From the NCBI RefSeq assembly GCF_004010195.1, contig NW_025215363.1:63113-103598 (forward strand): a stretch of DNA of 40,486 nucleotides. The letters are read 5' to 3'. Position 1 is the first letter of the stretch, and each line of letters begins with the position of its first letter. The stretch is from Chiloscyllium plagiosum (taxonomy: Eukaryota). The notes under the pieces are model-generated. The model ran no database searches, was not told the DNA's origin, and saw nothing but the letters and a program-made list of their open reading frames with translations. The translations under genes and the position numbers were made by a program. Below, in pieces: positions 1 to 8,048 of this stretch.

Positions 1-120
1 TGTCTAGCAGGAGGTCTGTGTAGACCACATCATTGCACTGATCTATAAACCCGGACTAAGTATCCGTCCAGCACTGGGAGCTATGCATATCACAGCATTG
101 CATTGATCTATAAACGCAGG
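1..120. repeat. 65-bp tandem satellite (left part, runs off the window edge)
   Basis: About two units of tgtccagcac-gggagctatgca-gaccacagca-gtgcattgatctataaacccggact, the same unit as 1601-2270. Confidence 0.85.
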
Positions 121-121
121 C

Positions 122-1600
122 TCTAAATTAGAGTGGCGCTGGAAAATCACAGCTGATCAGGCAGCATCCGATGAGCAGGAAAATCGATGTTTCGAGCAAA
201 AGCTCTTCATCAGGACAAAAGCAGACAGCCTCCAGAGTGGAGAGATAAATCGGAAGGGGCTGGTGCTGGGGAGACGGCAGCAAATAATACAATAGGTAGA
301 TGGGGATAGGGATGAAGGTGATATGTGAGAGAGGAAGTTGGAGCAGTTAGGTGGGAAGGAAGATTGGCAGGTCGGACGGGTCATGAGGATGGTGCTGAGC
401 TGGTAGGTTGGTGCTGGGGTAAGGTGTGGGGAGGGGAAATGAGGAAACTGGTGAAGTCCGCATTGGATGCCCTGCAGCTGCAGTTCTTTGATGTGGAAGA
501 TGTGGCTTTCTTCCTCCAGGCGTCGTGTGGTGAGGGAATGGCCATGGAGAATGCCCAGGGCATGCATGTCATCGGCAGAGTGGGAGGGGGAGTTCAAATG
601 TTGGGCCACAGGGCAGTAGGGTTGATTGGTGCAGGTGTCCCGGAGATGTTCCCTAAAGCACTCTGTGAGAAGGCGTCTAGTCTCCACAATATAGTGCAGA
701 CCGCATTGGGAGCAACTGATACAATAAATGACAATGGTGGATGTTCAGGTGAAACATTGATGGATGTGGAAGGATCCTTTTGGGCCTTAGATGGAGATGG
801 GGGGGAGTTGTGGGTGCAGATTTTGCAATTCCAGTGGTGGCAGGGGAGGGTGCCTGCAAGGGAGGGTGGGTTGTAGAGGGGCGTGGACCTCACCAGGTAG
901 TCATGAAGGGAACGATTTTTGAGGAAAGCGGAAAGGGGTGAGAAGAGAAATATATCGGTGGTGGTGTGGTCCGTTTCGAGGTGGTGGAAATGTCAGTGGA
1001 TGATGCGGATTATGCGAAGGTTGGTAGGGTGGAAGGTGAGGAACAGAGGGATTCTGTCCTGGTTACAGTTGGACTGGTGGGGTTTGAGAGCGAAGGTGCA
1101 GGATGTGGATGAGATGTGTTGGATGGCATCTTTAACCACATGGGAAGGGAAATTGCATTCTTTAATGAAGGAGGCCATCTGGTGTGTTCTGTGGTGGAAC
1201 TTGTCCTCCTGGGAGCAGGTATAGCGGAGGCGGTGGAATTGGGAATACGGGATGGCATTTTTGCAGGAGGTAGGGTGGGAAGAGGTGTAATCCAGGTATC
1301 TGTAAGAGTCGGTGAGTGTGTAAAAAGTGTCAGGGTCAAGTCAGTTGTTATTGATGGAGATGGTGAGGTCCAAGAAGGGAGGGCGGTGTCAGAGATTGTC
1401 CAGGTGAATTCAAGGTCCTGGTGGAATGTGTTGGTGAAGTTGATGAACTGCTCAACCTCCTCGTGGGAGCACGAGGTGGCACCGCTGCAGTCATCACTGT
1501 AGTGGAGGAGGAGGTGTGGAGTGGTGCTGGTGTAACCACGGAAGATGGATTGTTCTATGTAGTCGACAAAGAGACAGGCATAGCTTGGGCCCACACGGGT
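122..1600 (-). mobile_element. 5'-truncated, degenerate Penelope-like retroelement (RT C-terminal half, Cys/His linker, GIY-YIG endonuclease, 3' pLTR-like region)
   Basis: Minus-strand frames give GPSYACLFV (RT motif), HYSDD (decayed RYIDD), FINFTNTFHQDLEFTW, RIPLFLTFHP, PCHHWNCKICTH (Cys/His linker) and ETRRLLTECFREHL...PVAQHLNSPSHS...RRLEEE (GIY-YIG C-terminal part). These are split across several frames by frameshifts and stops. Confidence 0.9.
182..215 (-). ncRNA. Minimal type-I hammerhead ribozyme motif of the Penelope pLTR (variant core)
   Basis: Minus strand reads CUGAUGA-A-GAGC-UUUU-GCUC-GAAAC-AUC-GAUUU, giving the core boxes and a perfect stem II. The triplet is AUC here and GUC in the second copy. 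Confidence 0.7.
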
Positions 1601-2270
1601 GGACTAGTTCTCTGTACACCTTTGGGAGCTGTGCAGACCAAAGCAATGCATTGATCTATAATCCCAAACAAGGCAAATGCCCAGCACGGGGAACTGCGCA
1701 GCCCACAGCAGTGCATTGATCTATAAAGCCAGAGCAGGTATCTTTTCAGCACTGAAAGCTGTGCAAACCGCAGCAGTGCATTGATCTATAACCACGGACT
1801 AGATATCTGTCCAGCACGAGAAGCTATGCAGACTACAGCTGTCCATTGATTTATAAACCCGGAGTAGATATCTGTCCAGCACGGGGAGCTATATAGACTA
1901 CATCAGTTCGTAATTCTTATGCTAGGACTATGTATCTATCCAACACGGGAAGCTATGCAGACCACAGCAGTACTTTGATTTTTAAACCAGGAAAAAATAT
2001 CTGTCCAGGATGGGGAGATCTGCAGACCAAAGCAGTACATTGATCAATGAACTTGGAATAGATGTCTGTCCCGAACCGGCAGATGTGCAGACCACAGCAA
2101 TACATTGATTTATAAACCCTGACTAGATATCTGATCCAGCACGGGTAGCTGTGCAGAACACAGCAGTGAATTGATTTATAAACCTGGACAACATAACTGT
2201 CCAGCACCGGGAGCTGTGGAGACCACATTAGTGCATTGAACTATAAACCCGAGCTAGATATCTGTCCAGC
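1601..2270. repeat. 65-bp tandem satellite, ~10 diverged units
   Basis: The agatatctgtccagc anchor recurs at ~1801, 1866, 1930, 1995, 2060, 2125, 2191 and 2256 (period 64-66 bp). Confidence 0.92.
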
Positions 2271-2443
2271 TGTAAGCTCAACTACCTTATTTCAGATACT
2301 TCTGGCGTTCAAGTAATCACACTTCAAACCGGTTTGCTGTCTGCCAGCACATTCCTGTGACCCTGACATTCTGCCCCAGTCCTCCCTACTGTCATCCTCC
2401 TGTGCACTGCAACTATACCTCAGGTTCCGATTCCCCTGTTGAG

Positions 2444-3296
2444 CTAGTTTAAACCCACACAATTAGCAGCAGCAAATCGTTCACCCAGGATATCAGTACC
2501 CCTCTGGTTCAAGTGAAGACCGTCCTCTTTGTACAGGTGACACTTGCCCCAGAATGAGCCTCAATTATCCAAGTACCTGAAACCCTCTCTCCTGCACTAT
2601 CCTCGTAGTCACGTGTTCAGCAAATATCTCACCCTATCACTTGCCTCGCTATCACGTGGCACGGGCAACAAATCAGAGATAACAACTCTGCTTTTTCTAG
2701 CTCTCAGCTTACATCCTAGTTCCCTGAAATCCTGCCTTGCATCCCTATCTTTCTTTCTACCTATGTCGTTGGTACCTATATGGACCACGGCTTATGGCTG
2801 GTCACCCTGTCCCTTCAGGACCCCAAAGATACGATCCAAGACATCACGGACCCTGGCACCTGGGAGGCAATACATGCACCGTGAGTCTCGTTCTTTCCCA
2901 AAAAGACTTCTTTGTGAGCCTCTAACTATTGAGTCCCTGGGCCCCACTGCATACTCCTGGTAAGTCGCCCCCCCCCAACAGTATCCAAAAAATATACATG
3001 CTTTTCAGGGGAACGACCACAGGGAATCCCTCCAGTGACTGTTTCATCCCGATTCGAATACTCACCCAACTTTCTTCGTGCCTAGGAGTAACTATTTCCC
3101 TGTAACTCTTATCTATCACAACCTGTGCCTCACGAATGATCCGAAGTTCGTCCAGCTCCCACTCCAGTTCTCTGACATGGTCTTGGAGGAGCAAGAGTTG
3201 GGTGCACTTCCTGCAGATGTCCTTGGATGGGACACTAATGGCGACCCTCACCTCAAACAACATGCAGGAGGACCATTGCTCTCCCTGCACTGCCAT
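2444..3296 (-). pseudogene. CR1 ORF1 (Zn-finger/leucine zipper + SGNH esterase), frameshifted
   Basis: MAVQGEQWSSCMLFEV...ICRKCTQLLLLQDHVRELEWELDELRIIRE, then in another frame DSIVRG and LYKEDGLHLNQRGTDILGERF...GLN* (stop at 2444-2446). Confidence 0.8.
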
Positions 3297-3496
3297 CCTG
3301 CTAGTCCGCTTATCACAAAGAAAAAAAGGAAGAGATGCTTTGCTGATGTGTCCCCAGTCTTTAAGGTTGAAGCAGGTGGTTGGGTGTTCAATGGTAGATC
3401 TGGGGTTGTGAAAACACTGACATTTATAGATGGACAGAAATAAAATCAAGAAGTCGCTCCTTTCTCAGAAACCTCTGCTCTCTGACTTCAAATATA

Positions 3497-3706
3497 AAAG
3501 CTCAAATCAGTGACTCACCGCTCCCGGCAAGCCCCTGGTCCAGGCTCTTGCTTTTAGAGTTGCTGCTGCCGCCGAAAAGCAGAAATGGAGGACTCCCACA
3601 CTCGAGGTTAGTTTTTAAAGGTTCAGATCAGTGACTCACCGCATAGGCAGGCTCGCGGTCCAAACTCCCGCCCTTCGAGTTGCTGCGGCCGCCGAAAAAC
3701 AAAAAA
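3497..3706. repeat. Two ~120-bp-period direct repeats in the CR1 5'UTR
   Basis: tcagtgactcaccgc...gagttgctgc(t/g)gccgccgaaaa occurs at ~3507-3578 and ~3628-3698. Confidence 0.8.
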
Positions 3707-3710
3707 GCTT

Positions 3711-4590
3711 GTTTCCTGACACAGTCTGTCGAAGGGCCAATAAAGAGGGGGGTGGGGTGGGAGAGCACTCTGGATCTGGTGCTTGGTAATGCCAGGTGTT
3801 TGATTTAGTTGTGGGTGAGCACTTTGGAGACAGTGATCATAATTCAGTTACGTTTAGTTTAGCGATAGGTACATGCCACGGGTCACGAGTTATAGATGGG
3901 GCAAGGGCATTTATAATGTGATTAGGCAAGAATTAGGATGCATAGAATGGGGTACCAAATTCAGACAATAGAAAAATGGAGCTGGTTTCAGGATCAGATA
4001 TTGCGTGCCCTTGATAGTATGCCCCTGTCAGGCAGGGAGGAAGTGATAAGATAAGGGAACCGTGGTTACTACAGAAATGGCACATTTTGTTAATTAGACG
4101 AAGGAGGCTTATATTTTGATGAAGCGAAGTGGCTCAGATGAGGCGATGGAGAGTTACAGATCAGCTAGGAAGGATTTAAAGAGAGAGTTAAGACGAGTAA
4201 AGAAAGGACACTAGCAGTCTTTAGCAAGTAGAGTGAAGGAGAATCTTAAAGCTTTCTATAGGTAAGTGAGGAATAAAAGGATGATTAGGATAGGGCTAAG
4301 ACCAATCAAAGACAGAAGTGGGAAGTTGTTTGTAATCCCAGTGGAGATCGGAGAGGGGCTAAACGAACATTTCTCATCAGTTTTCATCCAGGAAAATGAG
4401 AATATTGCAGAGGAGAAGACTGAGGTACGAGATATTAGACTAGAAAGGATCGAGGTTAGTTACGACCAGGAGTTATCAGTTCTAGAAGTAGTGAAAGTAG
4501 ACAAGTCCCCTGGCCGGATGGAATTTATCCAATGATTCTCTGGGAAGCTAGGGAGGAGATAGCAGAGACTTTGGCTTTGATATCTGAGTC
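3711..4590 (+). mobile_element. CR1-clade LINE ORF2 fragment (APE C-terminus to just before RT), degenerate
   Basis: Plus strand gives FLTQSVEGP, LDLVLGN, VVGEHFGDSDHNSVTF (APE SDH motif), LNEHFSSVF and VDKSPG...ILWEAREEIAETLALI, with stops and frameshifts. Confidence 0.88.
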
Positions 4591-4630
4591 AAATAGTTAA
4601 TAGAAATAATAAATGGACAGTGAAACTTAC

Positions 4631-4845
4631 CAGGGACACCAATAATAGCCAGGATAGGATAATAAAAATATTGAATAATGTAAAGTGCATATTGGATCCG
4701 TCATGCTAATGGCCACGAATATAAAGCAGAAAGAATCCAAACATATGCGGATAATCTCCGGTCCATTATTGTAACATTCCAGTCTATTGTTCTCAGATTC
4801 GGATCCATTGTTAGCACACGCCAGTCTAATGTTCTCAGATTTTGA
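4631..4845 (-). pseudogene. First coding exon of a GPR139/GPR142-like class A GPCR (N-terminus + start of TM1), with an in-frame TGA
   Basis: Reads DQNLRTLDWRVLTMDPNLRTIDWNVTIMDRRLSAYVWILSALYSWPLA*RIQYALYIIQYFYYPILAIIGVP, followed by a phase-1 donor G|GTAAGT at 4630. YYP-LA-IGVP plus a phase-1 intron matches what I recall of shark GPR139-like genes. Candidate ATGs are at 4808 and 5003. No exon 2 is visible in the window. Confidence 0.72.
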
Positions 4846-5209
4846 TCTCTCCTTCCCCTCTCTCTCTGTAGCTGCCAATCTCTGTTCGTGCTGTCGGTGA
4901 TGCTCCCGCTCATACTATGGGATAACACATTGAATGGAGCCCATTTATCATTAAAAGATGGAAACGCTCCACTGGGATAATTGCATTCCATGGAGACTGA
5001 CATTAATCACAGTCACCAAACAAACAGGTTCAGTTAACCAGGTCCTTACATCATTTTCCATATCCCAATAAAAGAGAACATTTACTCAGTCTGGATGGAA
5101 AGTATGAGGGTTGCTGAGGGTTAGATAAAAAATCTTTCAATCAGTTTAATCTTTCTTTTTGTACGTAGGAGCATTGCTGGAACACTGTAGGTTTGTACGT
5201 GTTCCACCC

Positions 5210-5217
5210 TATTTATA
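5210..5217 (-). promoter_or_regulatory. Candidate TATA box for the GPCR-like gene
   Basis: TATAAATA(GG) on the minus strand, ~200 bp upstream of the ATG at 5003 and ~400 bp upstream of the ATG at 4808, within the unique island. Confidence 0.35.
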
Positions 5218-5399
5218 AAAGGAGACAGTGATAAAATAACAGACCAGCTGCACAAAATGTCTGGTGCGGAATTTTCTAGATATCTTTGTGCAATGTTGCT
5301 CTTGGTTTTAAATGTGCTGTTATGAAACCCTTTCATAATCTTGAGACATCATTCAGAGCATTAAAATTGCTGGTCAGCAACAGGGAGAAACAATTCTGT

Positions 5400-6002
5400 C
5401 CCCATGTGTCTGTTACAGAGGAATAGGAAGAGGTCATTCAGATTTTCAGGCCTGTTAGATAGGGTCAGGAGGAGGCCATTAAGTCTCGACGGTTTATTAC
5501 AGAGGGACAGGAGGAGGTCATTCAGCCTCTCGAGTCTGTTTCACAGGGACAGGAGGAAGCCATTAAGCCTCTCTAGACTGTTACAGTGGGACAGGAAGAG
5601 GCCATTCATCCTTTCGAGACTGTTACAGAGGGACAGGAGATGGCCATTCAGCCTCTAGAACATGTTACAGAGCGACAAGAGGAAGCCATTCAGCCACTCC
5701 AACCTGTTACAGAGGGAAAAGCGTAGGCCATTCAGCTTTTCGAGATTGTTACAGAGGGAAAGGAGGAGTCCATGCAGCCTCTCGAGTCTGTTACAGAGTG
5801 ACAGGAGGCCATTCAACCTATCGGGTTTGTGACAGAAGGAAAGGAGGAGGCCATTCATCCTGTCGAGTCTGTTACACAGGGACAGGAGGAGGCCATTCAG
5901 CCTCTAGAGTTAGTCACACTGGGACAGGGGAGGCCATTCAGTCACTCAATTCTGTTACAGAGGGACACAGCGAGGCCATTCAGCCTGTCAAACCTGTTAC
6001 TC
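5400..6002 (+). repeat. 42-bp tandem array, type A (gaggaggccattcagcctctcgagtctgttacagagggacag), ~14 units
   Basis: ggccattcagcc and ctgttacagaggga recur every ~42 bp. Confidence 0.92.
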
Positions 6003-7747
6003 GCTCAGGGTCACATCGCTGCACAACAAAAGCAGTCAGTCAGCATGTTTGCTAAATTACTGAGAATTAAAGCATTAATGCAGCATTCCGATTTTGTTGA
6101 TGTTTTTCAGAAACATTGAAAGGGTTTCGGTCAATAGGAGCTATAGGGAATGTGAAGAGGCCATTCAGTCCCTCAAATCCATTCCACAGGAGCAGCAGGA
6201 GAGCACACAACTATTGGAGCCTGGTACTTAGCGGAAGCAGGAGGAGAGCACACATCCATTGGAGCCTGTTACTCAGCGGCAGCAGGAGGAGCGCACACAG
6301 TTATTACAGCCTGTTACTCAGCAGCACGAGGATGAGAGCACACTTCTATTGCAGACAGTTACTCTGCAGTAGCAGAAGGAGAGAACACAGCTTTTGGAGA
6401 CTGTTACTCGGGGCAGCAGGAGAGCATATAGCTATTGGAGCCTGTTACTCAGGGGCAGCAAAAGGAGAGCAATCAGCTACGCGAGTCTGCTACTCAGGGG
6501 CAGAAGCAGGAGAGCACACAGCTACTGGAGCCTGTTACTCCGAGTCAGGAGGAGGAGAGCACACAGATATTGGAGTCTGTTACTGAGAGGCAGCAGGAGG
6601 AGAACACATAGGTATTGGAGCCTTTTACTTCGGAGCAGCAGGAGGTGAGCACACAGCTATTGGAGCCTGGTACTCAGGGGCAGCAGGAGCGCATGCAGAT
6701 ATTGGAGCCTGGCACTCAGGAGCAGCAGGAGGAGAGCACACAGCTTTTGGAGCTGGTTACTCAGGGGCAGGAAGACAGCACACAGGTATTGAAGCCTGTT
6801 TCTCAGGGTCAACAAGAGGAGAACACCAAGCTATGTGATCTAGTTATTCAGGAGCGGCTGGAGGTTAGTACGCAACTATTGGAGCTGTTACTCAGGAGCA
6901 GAAAGAGGAGATCAAACAGCTGTTAGAGCCTGTTACACAGAAGCAGCAGCAGGAGATCACACAGGTATTGGAGACTGTTACTCAGCAGTAGCAAGAGGAG
7001 ACCACATAGGTATGAGGAGCAGCAGCAGGATTGCACAAATATATTCGAGCCGGTTACTCAGGGGCAGGAAGAGAGCACACAGTTATTGGAGCCTTTTTCT
7101 CAGGGGCAGGTGGAGGAGAGCACACAGCTATTGGAGTGTGGTACTGAGGGGCAGCAGGAGAGCACTCAGCTATAGGATCTTTTTATTCAGGAGAAGCTGG
7201 AAGTGAGCACACAACTATTGGAGCCTCTTACTCAGGAGCAGCAGGAAGAGAGATCACAGCTATTGGAGGCTGTTACTCAGCGGCAGGATGAGAGCACACA
7301 GCTATTGGAGCGTGTTACTCAGCAGCAGTAGAAGGAGAGTACACAGTTATTGGAGCTTGTTACTCAGCAGCAGTAGCAGCAACAAGTGAGCACACTATTA
7401 TTGGAACCTGTTACTCAGCGGCAGGAAGAGAGCACACAACCATTGGAACCTGTTACTCTGGGGTAACAGGAGGAAAGCACAGTTATTGGAGCCTTTTTCT
7501 ACGGGGCTCTAAGAGGAGAACACACAGCTACTGCAGCCTGTTAATCAGGAGCAGCAGGGGGTGTACACACACTTATTGGAGCCTGTTATTCAGGAACAGC
7601 AGAAGGAGAGCACACATCTATTGGGGATTGTCACTCAGGGACAACAAGAGGAGAATACACAGACATTGGAGCCTGTTATTCAGAGGTAGGAGGAGAAGAG
7701 CATGCAGGTATTTGAGCCTGTTGCTCAGGAGCAAACATAGACCACAC

Positions 7748-8048
7748 AGATTAGATTAGATTAGATTAGATTAGATTAGATTAGATTAGATTAGATTAGA
7801 TTAGATTAGATTAGATTAGATTAGATTAGATTAGATTAGATTAGATTAGATTAGATTAGATTAGATTAGATTAGATTAGATTAGATTAGATTAGATTAGA
7901 TTAGATTAGATTAGATTAGATTAGATTAGATTAGATTAGATTAGATTAGATTAGATTAGATTAGATTAGATTAGATTAGATTAGATTAGATTAGATTAGA
8001 TTAGATTAGATTAGATTAGATTAGATTAGATTAGATTAGATTAGATTA
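7748..8048. repeat. (TTAGA)n/(TCTAA)n pentanucleotide microsatellite, ~59 perfect copies
   Basis: Uninterrupted ttaga repeats from 7751 to 8045, plus partial ends. Confidence 0.99.

Larger units (their letters stand above)
2269..3710 (-). mobile_element. CR1-clade LINE 5' portion: 5'UTR, ORF1 and the first codons of ORF2 APE endonuclease
   Basis: ORF1 zinc-finger/coiled-coil and esterase motifs. At ~2340-2269 the minus strand reads GLKCDYLNARSI*NKVVELTA, the start of a CR1 APE domain, and the element then stops abruptly. Confidence 0.88.

Noticed and set aside
325..1654. Plus-strand ORFs over the Penelope element, and similar antisense ORFs over the CR1 copies
   Set aside because: Antisense shadows of retroelement coding sequence with no independent motifs.
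1601..2270. Common origin of the 65-bp and 42/45-bp satellites
   Set aside because: Only short shared words (cacagc, agcac) and no convincing alignment by eye.
4701..4703. Selenocysteine or programmed read-through TGA in the GPCR exon
   Set aside because: No SECIS can be assessed in the window and I know no precedent in this family. A nonsense mutation or base error is simpler.
7748..8048. Interstitial telomere
   Set aside because: The unit is TTAGA, not vertebrate TTAGGG, and it matches the SINE tail at 27066.
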